IMG/VR virus record: IMGVR_UViG_3300044694_000083 | Location: 1-64,000 of that record | Length of the DNA: 64,000 nt | Origin: a virus | Taxonomy: Duplodnaviria > Caudoviricetes | Reading direction: 5' to 3' (one strand) | Shown: positions 54,058 through 62,682 of the stretch, piece by piece | Layout: the number at the start of each line of letters is the position of its first letter | How positions within the stretch are numbered: position 1 is the first letter of the stretch | The notes under the pieces: generated by a model | Seen by the model: the letters and a program-made list of their open reading frames with translations, nothing else | The model's database searches: none | Told to the model about the DNA's origin: nothing | Made by a program: the position numbers and the translations under genes

Positions 54058-54534
54058 ATGAAACGACTGTACATCAGCGGGCCGATGACCGGCTTGTCGC
54101 AAAACAACGTCCACGCTTTCAACGCTGAGGCTGAGCGCCTGCGCCTGCTCGATTTCGATGTGGCGAACCCTGCCATCATCAAGGAGCAGCCCGGCTTTAC
54201 CTGGTCGGACTACATGACCCACGCCCTGGCCATGCTGCTGGCCTGTGACGGGGTCGTCATGCTGCCGGGCTGGGAGCAGAGCCGCGGCGCCTGCCTCGAG
54301 CGCCTGGTGGCCGTCGAGCTCGGCGTGCCGGTGTTCCTGGCTGCCGACGTCACGGGCGGACTCGCCATCGCGCAGAACGACGGTGCCGATGCCGCGCGCG
54401 CACTGTACCGCTGGGCCCGTGCTAGCGCCCGTATGAGCGATGCAAAGGATATCGAGGCAGCGCGTGACACGTACCTGGTCTACGACGCCGCCCGAGCCGC
54501 CCTGCTGAAGGCGGTGGAAGGCGGTGCGGTATGA
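54058..54534 (+). CDS. DUF4406-like (nucleoside deoxyribosyltransferase-fold) protein
   Basis: YISGPMTG, NPA, W..YM, CD....LPGWEQSRGA..E. Confidence 0.85.
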   Translation: MKRLYISGPMTGLSQNNVHAFNAEAERLRLLDFDVANPAIIKEQPGFTWSDYMTHALAMLLACDGVVMLPGWEQSRGACLERLVAVELGVPVFLAADVTGGLAIAQNDGADAARALYRWARASARMSDAKDIEAARDTYLVYDAARAALLKAVEGGAV

Positions 54535-54971
54535 GTTCCGTCATGTACCGCGAGCACGACGACGTCGCGATCATCATTACGCGAGCCAGCGAAACCAAGG
54601 TGCACGTCTCGGCGACGGCGCACCTCGTCAAGCAGGGCGAGCCGTACACGGCGACCGATGTCCTCGCGCTGGCTGCTGGCGTGGAGGCCCTGCAGCAGGA
54701 GCGCAACCGGCTGCGAGAGGAGCTGGACGCAGCCCGCGCCGGCGAGATCGGCCGCGAGCACGCTGAGGCATTGCAGGGTGCACGTAAGGTGATAGCCGAG
54801 CTGCGCGAGGCTGGCGTGGCCTTCTTCGAGGTCTACGACCAAGGCGAGGCACCGGATAGCGGCTTAGACGATGCTTTCCGTAAGAAAGTGGACACCGCTG
54901 ACCGCTGGCTGGTCTCGGACAGCACGGCCGCCATGGCGCGCGCCAAGGTGCTGAAAGGCGGCGCCCAATGA
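54531..54971 (+). CDS. Hypothetical protein
   Basis: ATGA overlaps. Confidence 0.6.
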   Translation: MSSVMYREHDDVAIIITRASETKVHVSATAHLVKQGEPYTATDVLALAAGVEALQQERNRLREELDAARAGEIGREHAEALQGARKVIAELREAGVAFFEVYDQGEAPDSGLDDAFRKKVDTADRWLVSDSTAAMARAKVLKGGAQ

Positions 54972-55483
54972 CCGCCGCGACCCGCGAGAAGGTGCTGGCG
55001 GCGCTGGAGCAGGCGTGCCGGGAAGAGGCCGCGAGTGTCTGGAAGACCGACCTGGTCGACGAGGCACACACGGATGAAGGCTGCGCGCCTCTCGGCGCCG
55101 GCACCACGCGCATCATTGAGCTGAGCGAACCGCAAGGCTCACACCCGCGCACCACGCGCCGAGTGCTTGATGCCGAGGTGGCCGCCGGTCGCGTGTTGCG
55201 CCACAAGGCCGACGGGCGGGGTCTGATCCGCTGGTGGCCCGTCGGCCTGCTGGACAAGCTGCAGGCTGAGCGCGCGAGCGCCGGCATGCGCACGTACTGC
55301 CTCGGCTACACGCACGCCAAGTGCGCGGCCTGCCAACACGAGCGCAACTGGGGCGTGCTGAACGAGATGCCGGACGCGGAACGACTGCCGCTCCAGGTGA
55401 CCATGACGCGCATCGACAGCGACAAATGCCGGATGACCAACATGGGCGAGCACGCGCCCGTCATCGCCGGAGACGCATCGTGA
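54968..55483 (+). CDS. Hypothetical protein
   Basis: ATGA overlap. Confidence 0.6.
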   Translation: MTAATREKVLAALEQACREEAASVWKTDLVDEAHTDEGCAPLGAGTTRIIELSEPQGSHPRTTRRVLDAEVAAGRVLRHKADGRGLIRWWPVGLLDKLQAERASAGMRTYCLGYTHAKCAACQHERNWGVLNEMPDAERLPLQVTMTRIDSDKCRMTNMGEHAPVIAGDAS

Positions 55484-55686
55484 AGCTGCCCGACTACATC
55501 GAATCCCTGAAGAAGCGGCGCGCACAGGCCGAGCGAGAGCGTGAGGAGGCGTTTGCGCTGCTGCGCGAGGTCGTCGGCGAGGCGGGTGAGGTGCCGTTCC
55601 TGCCAGCGGTCGTGTCGTCTGGCCTGGTCGCGCGGATCCGCTACCTGCTTGGCCAAGTTGGCGAAGGGAGCGCAAATGGCGCGTGA
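55480..55686 (+). CDS. Hypothetical protein
   Basis: GTGA overlap, GGAG RBS. Confidence 0.55.
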   Translation: MKLPDYIESLKKRRAQAEREREEAFALLREVVGEAGEVPFLPAVVSSGLVARIRYLLGQVGEGSANGA

Positions 55687-55913
55687 CCCGCGACGTCACC
55701 CTGATCGATGGCACGACCGTCGACAGCTGGTCGGAGGCCTGGCGCCACGAGTGCGAGGCCCGCGCCATCCTGGCGATGCCGACCAGGGACGCGCGGCGTA
55801 AGCACCTGGACCACGTCGAGCGCCTGCGCGGGACGAAGGAGCGCCAGCGGCTGGAGGAAACGGCCCTGGCGATCTGGGAGCAGCGGCGCGGCTCACGCGC
55901 GGCGGCGTCGTGA
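55683..55913 (+). CDS. Hypothetical phage protein
   Basis: SEAWRHECEAR...RG motif; GTGA overlap. Confidence 0.65.
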   Translation: MTRDVTLIDGTTVDSWSEAWRHECEARAILAMPTRDARRKHLDHVERLRGTKERQRLEETALAIWEQRRGSRAAAS

Positions 55914-55968
55914 CCCGATGATGGAACAGATGTTCGAGTCAGCGTCGCCCCACCTTCAAGGAGACCGT

Positions 55969-56091
55969 ATGCATACCGCAGCCGCAAACCCTGATCCCGT
56001 CATCAAACGCAGCCCGCGCCTCGGCGCCCTCGTCATCCTGGCAACCTGCGTGCCGTTCTGGGTGGCCGTAGCCTGGATGGTGACCCAATGA
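55969..56091 (+). CDS. 40-aa single-TM microprotein
   Basis: AAGGAG RBS; promoter motif at 55907-55922. Confidence 0.55.
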   Translation: MHTAAANPDPVIKRSPRLGALVILATCVPFWVAVAWMVTQ

Positions 56092-56210
56092 GCCTGCGCG
56101 AGAAGTACCGGGACGAGATCCGGGACGGCGCTGCCGGCATCCTGCTCTTCACCATGTGCGGCGTGCTTGGCTGGCTGGTCGGCCTGGCGATCGCGGTGGC
56201 GACGATATGA
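56088..56210 (+). CDS. 40-aa single-TM microprotein
   Basis: ATGA overlap; MSLREKYRDEIRDGAAGILLFTMCGVLGWLVGLAIAVATI. Confidence 0.55.
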   Translation: MSLREKYRDEIRDGAAGILLFTMCGVLGWLVGLAIAVATI

Positions 56211-56265
56211 ACGCGGGTCGTGAAAGTATCATTTCTGATTATTTCGACCAAGCAGAAGGACAACC

Positions 56266-57186
56266 ATGAATGACCAGAAAATTTATGAGCTGATCGCGAA
56301 GCATGGCCGCGTGCGCGCCGTGCAGCTTGCCGACTGGCTCGATGAGGACCTGTCCGATGTCAGCCAGGCGCTGCGCGGGCTGGTCGACGTGGGCGACGTA
56401 GTGCAGGCGCGCGGCACGGCGCCGAACGGCCAGCCGTCGATGTTCTACGAGCTCAGCGCAGATTTCATCCGCTCGCGCGCTGGCAAGGATATCCTGGCGC
56501 GCGTGAATGTGGATCCGGCGCCGAACGTGGCCGAGCCTGAAGCGCCGGCGCCAGCGGCACCCGAGGCTATGCCTGACGAGCCGGCCGCCGGCACCTATGC
56601 CGAGCGCGCCGTTGCCTATCTGACGAAGCACGGCGACACGCCTAACGAGGTCCTGCGCATGGCGCTCGGTCTGGCGCGCGAGCAGGCGCCGGCCAACTTT
56701 CTGAAGTCGGCGATCAACGCCGGCAAGCTGCACAAGGACGGCGGTATCTGGCGCCTGGGCAAGGGGCGCGCCTGGAACGGCCCGACGATCCCGTCCAAGG
56801 GCGGCCCGGTGGCGTCGTTCGATCCGAAGGCCCCGATCGAGTACCCGGCCGGCACAGAGAAGCCAGCCGCCGGCGCATTCGATACCCTGCTGAAGGCGCC
56901 TGAGCCGGCCCAGCCCGCGGCGGTGCCCGTGCCGCCGGTGGCCGTTGCCGCGCCGGTCGACCTGGCGAAGCTGAAGACCGAGCCGGCCCCCGTCGCCGTG
57001 CCTGTGTTCGTGCCGCCGGCGCCGGCCGCCACCGCGCCCGTCTACCGCGCCGCGCTCTGGTCCGATGGGATCCTCGAGCTGCAGCGCGACGGCCAGACCG
57101 TCCTGACGTGCACGCGCGGTGAGGGAGAGTTCCTGTCGTCGTTCCTGGCGCGCACGCTGGGCGAGGCCGGGAAGGTGGCGGCATGA
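56266..57186 (+). CDS. Protein with tandem wHTH-like domains and Pro/Ala-rich linkers
   Basis: N-terminal wHTH-like pattern; promoter motif at 56217-56232. Confidence 0.6.
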   Translation: MNDQKIYELIAKHGRVRAVQLADWLDEDLSDVSQALRGLVDVGDVVQARGTAPNGQPSMFYELSADFIRSRAGKDILARVNVDPAPNVAEPEAPAPAAPEAMPDEPAAGTYAERAVAYLTKHGDTPNEVLRMALGLAREQAPANFLKSAINAGKLHKDGGIWRLGKGRAWNGPTIPSKGGPVASFDPKAPIEYPAGTEKPAAGAFDTLLKAPEPAQPAAVPVPPVAVAAPVDLAKLKTEPAPVAVPVFVPPAPAATAPVYRAALWSDGILELQRDGQTVLTCTRGEGEFLSSFLARTLGEAGKVAA

Positions 57187-57527
57187 TGGACTTTGCCATG
57201 CTCCTGTTCCTGCTGCTGGTCGGTCACGCGCTGGCGGACTATCCGCTGCAGGGTGACTTCCTGGCGCAGGCCAAGAACCGCAACACGGCGATCGGCAAGG
57301 TGTTCTGGCCGCATGCGCTGGCTGCGCACTCAGTCATCCATGGAGGCTTCGTGCTGCTGCTGACCGGGTCGCTCTGGCTGGCGCTGACTGAGGTGTTCGT
57401 CCATGCGATCACGGACTGGCTGAAGTGCGAAGGCCAGCTGTCTCTAAACCAGGATCAGGCCGTGCACGTCGCGTGCAAGGTCATCTACGCCGCGGCCGTG
57501 GTGCTGGTTTCAGCATTGACACCCTGA
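57183..57527 (+). CDS. DUF3307-like membrane protein
   Basis: H.LADYPLQ, H..IH, H..TD..K, DQ..H. Confidence 0.8.
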   Translation: MMDFAMLLFLLLVGHALADYPLQGDFLAQAKNRNTAIGKVFWPHALAAHSVIHGGFVLLLTGSLWLALTEVFVHAITDWLKCEGQLSLNQDQAVHVACKVIYAAAVVLVSALTP

Positions 57528-57623
57528 TTCCAAATCAGGCGCGCGGCACGCCGAAAGCCGCGCGTCATCTGCATTCCACCTGCTGAGCCACCGCGCCCGG
57601 GCGCGCATCGGGCGCACGAGACC

Positions 57624-58145
57624 ATGACCGACGATATCGACCTGCACGAATTCACCCACTTCGTCATCCCTGAAGGCGACGCGCACCCCGGCGCCCTGTT
57701 CCAAGAGCTGATTGAGCTCGACGAGCATATCCACTTTCTGGAGGAGGAGATCGCCGTCGAGTTCCTGCTGCGCGTGGCGCCGAAGGTGAAACAGGGCCGG
57801 CGCCAGCTCGGCATGGCCATCATCCCCACCGTGCAGGGCGAGCTCAAGGACCTGTTCACGCAGCTGCTCGCGCACTGGTTCGGCCGAGCGCCGCAATTCC
57901 TCATCATCCTGGACCAAGAATTCTGGCTGCAGGCCGACGACATCACGCGCCGCGCGCTGCTAGAACACGAGATGTCGCATGTGAAGCAAAGTCTCGACAA
58001 GAACGGCGATCCGGCCTTTGATCAGGATGGAAACCCAAAATTCGGTATCCGCGCCCATGACGTAGAAGAATTTCAATACATCGTCCGCAAATACGGCGCA
58101 TGGAATCAGAACCTGGCCGAGTTCCTGCGCGCGGCTGGTCAATAA
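57624..58145 (+). CDS. Putative phage metallopeptidase
   Basis: LEHEMSH...HDVEEF..IV.KYG. Confidence 0.8.
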   Translation: MTDDIDLHEFTHFVIPEGDAHPGALFQELIELDEHIHFLEEEIAVEFLLRVAPKVKQGRRQLGMAIIPTVQGELKDLFTQLLAHWFGRAPQFLIILDQEFWLQADDITRRALLEHEMSHVKQSLDKNGDPAFDQDGNPKFGIRAHDVEEFQYIVRKYGAWNQNLAEFLRAAGQ

Positions 58146-58207
58146 AAACAACACCATTACTCAAAAATGATTTAGAATTGGTCTGTCTAAACCATTCCAG
58201 AACAGAC

Positions 58208-58570
58208 ATGACCTCTCAACAAAACCTGACGCGCGTGGCCGAAGCCGTGCGCGACGCCGCGGCGAAGGCCGTGAGCGAAAATATCGACCTTCTGCGACGG
58301 CAGGGCCACGACCAGGCAGCGACCGCGTACGAGAACGCCGCGCGGCGCGTGATGCAGCTGGACCTCGATCCGATCCTGTCTGGCGCCGGAGTTGAGCCGG
58401 ATGCCGACGAGCGCCGCGCCTTCGACAAGGCGGCCGACGCCGCACATTTCAATACCGCGCGCGTTGACGGCGCGCTGTTCCATCCTGTCACCAAGCGCGC
58501 GTTCGCGATCTGGCGCGCAGGTGTTTCGTGGGCTCGTTGTCAATCAACCGAAGGAGAACAAAATGCTTAA
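58208..58570 (+). CDS. Hypothetical protein
   Basis: Downstream of operator/promoter at 58160-58178. Confidence 0.6.
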   Translation: MTSQQNLTRVAEAVRDAAAKAVSENIDLLRRQGHDQAATAYENAARRVMQLDLDPILSGAGVEPDADERRAFDKAADAAHFNTARVDGALFHPVTKRAFAIWRAGVSWARCQSTEGEQNA

Positions 58571-58652
58571 GCGCTTCATCGACTGGATTTTCTCGATCTT
58601 CAGCCCGGCCGAGCCGGAATCCGACGAAGACTGGATGGATCGCCAATGGTAA
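58563..58652 (+). CDS. 29-aa peptide
   Basis: AAGGAG RBS; MLKRFIDWIFSIFSPAEPESDEDWMDRQW. Confidence 0.45.
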   Translation: MLKRFIDWIFSIFSPAEPESDEDWMDRQW

Positions 58653-59920
58653 CCGACAACAACGCACCGGCAGGCATCGACCTGGACAAGCTGGCCAAAA
58701 TTGCTGACCGAGTCGACGCGCGCGGGTTGTTTAACGCATCCTGCGACATCCGCGAATGGATCGAAGAAACCCGCTGCGCCCTCGCTCGCCGGGCTGCAGC
58801 AGATGCACCGGCACGTAAGGTTCGCGAAGCGCTGGAGATTATCGCTGGATGGGAATTGCCTGCATCTGGCCAAACTTGGGACGATGGATCGCCTATGTCA
58901 TACGGGGCAGCGTTCGGGTCGAATGGGGAGCGTGACTACATGCGTCAGGTTGCATCGGATGCACTACAGGCGCTCGCCCGGCAGCCCTCTATCGCCCACC
59001 CTGTCGGACAGGTATCGCCCGCTATCGACCAAGCTCAGGCCGATCACGACGAAGCCGTCTTACTGCTGTCGGCAGTGTTCGACGCATGGGAAAACGGCGA
59101 TCCTTGCTATGAAGACCCGGACACGAGCAGCGGCTTTCTCGGCATAGCATTCCGCTTGGACGACGAAGTGTTCAACCGTTGCTGCGCATTGCTGAACAGG
59201 CTGAACCCGCCGCGCAACGCCGCTCCTCCCGCGCCTGTGTGCCATGCGCCGGCCGGCTGGAAACTGGTTCCGATTGAGCCAACAGATGAAATGCGGTTGG
59301 CCTGCCAATGGCTGGATTATTCCGACCATATCGACGCCGATTGGGCGCGCATGCTAGACGCCGCTCCCGCCGCCCCTGCCGCTGTCTCGCCTTCCGACGC
59401 GACGGGGAAAGCTGACGCTGCCAGTGCGGGCGGTCTGAAGCCGTACGGCTACGCTGTCGAGCAGCCGGACGGGCATGTGACGTTCTTCAAGGAGGACCCG
59501 ACCGGGTTCCGCCAGCAGCAGTGGGCCGACCTGCGCGTGGTCGTGCATACGCTCTACTCAGGCGACAGACCTGCCGCTGCGGACGCAGGCGGTCTGCTGG
59601 TCGGATACGTCGAGCCGGGCCACCTTCAGCAGCTGCGCGAGAACCAGCGGGAAGGCTGTTACATCAAGCTGTACGCCGTGCCGTTCACTGCCGAAAGCGC
59701 GCGCCCGACTGAGCCGCTGTACGCGGCCAACGCAGGCGAAGACACCGCGCGCCTGAACTTCCTGGACACGAACGTTCACAAGTTCCGCATGGGCTGGCGC
59801 GTCGGCCAGGCGCCTGTCGGCAACCTGTCCGTGCAGTCGATCATCATGGGCGGCCAGCCGATCCGCGAGGCCATCGACGCCGCCAGAGCAGCCGCTGTGG
59901 GCGCAGGAGGTCAACCATGA
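58646..59920 (+). CDS. Mosaic hypothetical phage protein
   Basis: GWKLVP.EPT..M module and Ala-rich linkers. Confidence 0.65.
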   Translation: MVTDNNAPAGIDLDKLAKIADRVDARGLFNASCDIREWIEETRCALARRAAADAPARKVREALEIIAGWELPASGQTWDDGSPMSYGAAFGSNGERDYMRQVASDALQALARQPSIAHPVGQVSPAIDQAQADHDEAVLLLSAVFDAWENGDPCYEDPDTSSGFLGIAFRLDDEVFNRCCALLNRLNPPRNAAPPAPVCHAPAGWKLVPIEPTDEMRLACQWLDYSDHIDADWARMLDAAPAAPAAVSPSDATGKADAASAGGLKPYGYAVEQPDGHVTFFKEDPTGFRQQQWADLRVVVHTLYSGDRPAAADAGGLLVGYVEPGHLQQLRENQREGCYIKLYAVPFTAESARPTEPLYAANAGEDTARLNFLDTNVHKFRMGWRVGQAPVGNLSVQSIIMGGQPIREAIDAARAAAVGAGGQP

Positions 59921-60267
59921 CGCGCGACCTGCGGGCGTGGCTGGACGCGGCGGAATACCTGCCCGAGTTCATGCGCGATTTCCACGACCAGAAAGACCTG
60001 TTCAAGACCATCCACGAACTGGTGAACGAGCACGACGGCACCAAGGCCATCAGCTGGCGCGATGCCCACATCTACACCATCGACGTGTTCCTGTGGTTCA
60101 TGGCGCGGCGCGGGTACACGCTGCAACGCAGTCGGGCGAAGTGCGAATTTTTGGACATCCACCAGACCATCGCGGACCAGACCAAAACGCGCCAGGACGC
60201 CTTCACGGCAGCCATGAGAGCAGCCGCCCAGGAGGCGGCAGCGCAGAAGGGAGGCGCCGATGCGTGA
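59917..60267 (+). CDS. Conserved-looking phage hypothetical protein
   Basis: YLPEFMRDFHDQKDLFK...FLWFMARRGYTLQ. Confidence 0.7.
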   Translation: MTRDLRAWLDAAEYLPEFMRDFHDQKDLFKTIHELVNEHDGTKAISWRDAHIYTIDVFLWFMARRGYTLQRSRAKCEFLDIHQTIADQTKTRQDAFTAAMRAAAQEAAAQKGGADA

Positions 60268-60454
60268 TTTCTTTAAGCGCCTGATGTGCGGCCGCAAGGG
60301 GCATTGGCTGAGCCATGTCAGGAACATCTACGGCGACGAGATCAATTACCGAGGCGGCAAGCGCAGCGTCTGGAAGTGCGACAACTGCGGCGCAATCAAG
60401 CTGCGCGATTACCTGCACGATGAACAGAAAGGAACCCCACCCCATGGCCGCTGA
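60260..60454 (+). CDS. Small C/H-CxxC prophage protein
   Basis: LMC...GH.W...CDNCG; GGAGG RBS. Confidence 0.55.
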   Translation: MRDFFKRLMCGRKGHWLSHVRNIYGDEINYRGGKRSVWKCDNCGAIKLRDYLHDEQKGTPPHGR

Positions 60455-61013
60455 ACAAAACATCGATGCCGAGCACGAGCGCGCAGCTTTCGAGGCTTCC
60501 GGAATCACCGGCAGGCTGTATCGCAACGCCACGCCGGGCGGAACGGACTACTACGAGGACAGCCACACGGAAATGGCATGGCGCGCGTGGCAAGAACGCG
60601 CGCGCCGCTCTGCCGCTATTGGAGAGGGCAATCCTGTCGAATTCGACGGAATTAAAACCCCAGAATTCGGGGGGATTGGAGAGAGCGGACTGCCACAAGC
60701 TGCGCAGGGCGTGAAGACGTGGCAGGAGCGCATGACCGAAGCTGGTGGAAGTGGCTGGGTGCCACACTCGTTCATGGTTGCCGAGATCGCAGACCTCCGC
60801 GCCCAGCTTGCGAGCCAGAGCCAGGGAATGCCGACCGACGCGCAGATCATCGCCGCGCTGCACGCCAACGGTATCGACACGTACCCGAGCAAATACGGCT
60901 TCGACGCGGTACAGATATCGGCCACCAGCGTGCCCGGCCTTCGCAAAGTGCTGGAGACACTCGCCGCACCGCTGCTGTCCAGCGAACAGCAGGCGACCAA
61001 GGAGGGGAAATGA
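60444..61013 (+). CDS. Hypothetical mosaic protein
   Basis: ERAAFE...AW.AWQ.RA; RBS. Confidence 0.6.
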   Translation: MAAEQNIDAEHERAAFEASGITGRLYRNATPGGTDYYEDSHTEMAWRAWQERARRSAAIGEGNPVEFDGIKTPEFGGIGESGLPQAAQGVKTWQERMTEAGGSGWVPHSFMVAEIADLRAQLASQSQGMPTDAQIIAALHANGIDTYPSKYGFDAVQISATSVPGLRKVLETLAAPLLSSEQQATKEGK

Positions 61014-61513
61014 GCACCCGCCGCAAGACACCGAGGCTCGCTCGTCCCGGCGAGGTCCTTACCCTGGTCGACGAGATGATGGCATCGCCGGTCAATCCGA
61101 TGCCGGAGGCCGACGCCGCGGACCGCGTCGCCGTGGCGCGCCTGCACCTGGCGAACATCCAGACGGCGCCCGTGCCGACCGTGATGGACTGGCGCGTGTG
61201 CGCGATGGTCGGTAACGTGGTCGAGGTGATGATCGAGCTCGGCTACATCGACGATCCGGACGATCTGCTGATGGATGGCCAGGCCGCGCTGAAGGACGCC
61301 GCCGAGCGCGCGCTGGAGCGCACCGGCGTCATCCGCTTCACGGGCGACGAGCTGCGCGTCGTGGGCGAGCTGATCGACGGGTTCGCCGACATCCTCGGCT
61401 ACCTGCCGCACCGCAAGGTGATCCGGGCGTTCCGCGAGACCGACAAGCGCATGCGCGCGCTGGACGCCGGGCAGCGCCGGCCGGCCGACTACGTGGCGCG
61501 CCGGCGCGCCTGA
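61010..61513 (+). CDS. Hypothetical protein
   Basis: GGAGG RBS, ATGA overlap. Confidence 0.65.
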   Translation: MSTRRKTPRLARPGEVLTLVDEMMASPVNPMPEADAADRVAVARLHLANIQTAPVPTVMDWRVCAMVGNVVEVMIELGYIDDPDDLLMDGQAALKDAAERALERTGVIRFTGDELRVVGELIDGFADILGYLPHRKVIRAFRETDKRMRALDAGQRRPADYVARRRA

Positions 61514-61612
61514 CTGTGCATCTGGGCGTCAGCGCCGGCCGCGCCGCTGTACGCCTGCATTTCACCAGCGCGGCAAACATTTTGGGCGCCGATAGGGCGC
61601 AGAAAGTAAAAA

Positions 61613-61903
61613 ATGAGCTATTCGTTTGGTATCAAGGCAGCTGACAAGGCTGCTGCAAAGGAGGCGGTCGCCGCCAAGTTCGACAGCGAAGTGGTGGCGC
61701 ACCAGCCGGTGCACGTGCGCGACCGCGCCGCTGTGCTGGCCAATGTCGGCAGCGTCATTGACCTGCTGGCCGATGACGACACCAAGGACATCATGGTTTC
61801 GGTCAACGGCTATGTCAGCTGGGGTGCAACCGTCGACGGTACGGAGCAGTTCAGCACCGTGAGCGTCAGCGCCACTGCAAGCTACGCGACGCGCGCAGCC
61901 TGA
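61613..61903 (+). CDS. Hypothetical protein
   Basis: Clean ORF with typical codon usage. Confidence 0.6.
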   Translation: MSYSFGIKAADKAAAKEAVAAKFDSEVVAHQPVHVRDRAAVLANVGSVIDLLADDDTKDIMVSVNGYVSWGATVDGTEQFSTVSVSATASYATRAA

Positions 61904-61985
61904 TCCATCACCCGGTCGCGCCAGCACGGGCGGCCGCCCATCTGAGACGGTCTCATGATACTGAGAATTTCCTGAGACTGCTCAA

Positions 61986-62001
61986 ATCGTGACGGTATCC
62001 T
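61986..62001 (+). promoter_or_regulatory. Phage promoter motif for the terminase operon
   Basis: ATCGTGAC GG TATCCT. Confidence 0.65.
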
Positions 62002-62031
62002 GAAGCCTGACTTGTTGAGCTCCAGGAACCC

Positions 62032-62682
62032 ATGCCTCGCCCGAAGGAAGAACGAAAAGACGAGATCATTGCCGCCATCCGCCAGCACCTGCGACTGGTC
62101 GGCCCGCGCGACTATGATGGTCTCATGGCGAAGTACCCGGAGATGAGCCGGGCAACGTTCTACCGCTATCTCAAGGCAGCGCGCGAGCAGGAGGAGGCCA
62201 GCGCCGCGGCCCATGGAACGGGCGCGCTCCGTCTTGCGCAGCAGCGGATCCGCAGCCAGGTCGAGCCACCGGACAAGGTCCAAGCCAAGATCAAGGCGCA
62301 CCTGCCCACGGCGCCGTCGCCGGCCGTGGTCGCCGCCGACCCGGTCAACGCCTCGCGCGCGTTCCAGTTCTTCGCGTTCTTCAACCAGATCGTCGGCGAC
62401 GCCGAGCTGCTGCGCGGCACGGCCGTCATCAAGAACGACGACGGCACCGAGAAGGTCCGCAACCCGGCCATGCTGGAAAAGAGCATGCGCGGCCGCCTGG
62501 CGATCCTGGACACCTACCTGCACAGCGTCGAGGCGGTCTACAACATGGAGCGCATCCGAGAGCTGTATGACCTGGTGATCGAGGAGGTGGGCAAGGCCTC
62601 GCCCGACATCCAGATGGCGGTGCTGGCGCGCCTGCGAGAGCTGGACAACCGCCGCGGCCTGACCATGAACGGGAACGTCTGA
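62032..62682 (+). CDS. Terminase small subunit (putative)
   Basis: N-terminal HTH (MSRATFYRY); directly upstream of the large subunit. Confidence 0.7.
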   Translation: MPRPKEERKDEIIAAIRQHLRLVGPRDYDGLMAKYPEMSRATFYRYLKAAREQEEASAAAHGTGALRLAQQRIRSQVEPPDKVQAKIKAHLPTAPSPAVVAADPVNASRAFQFFAFFNQIVGDAELLRGTAVIKNDDGTEKVRNPAMLEKSMRGRLAILDTYLHSVEAVYNMERIRELYDLVIEEVGKASPDIQMAVLARLRELDNRRGLTMNGNV

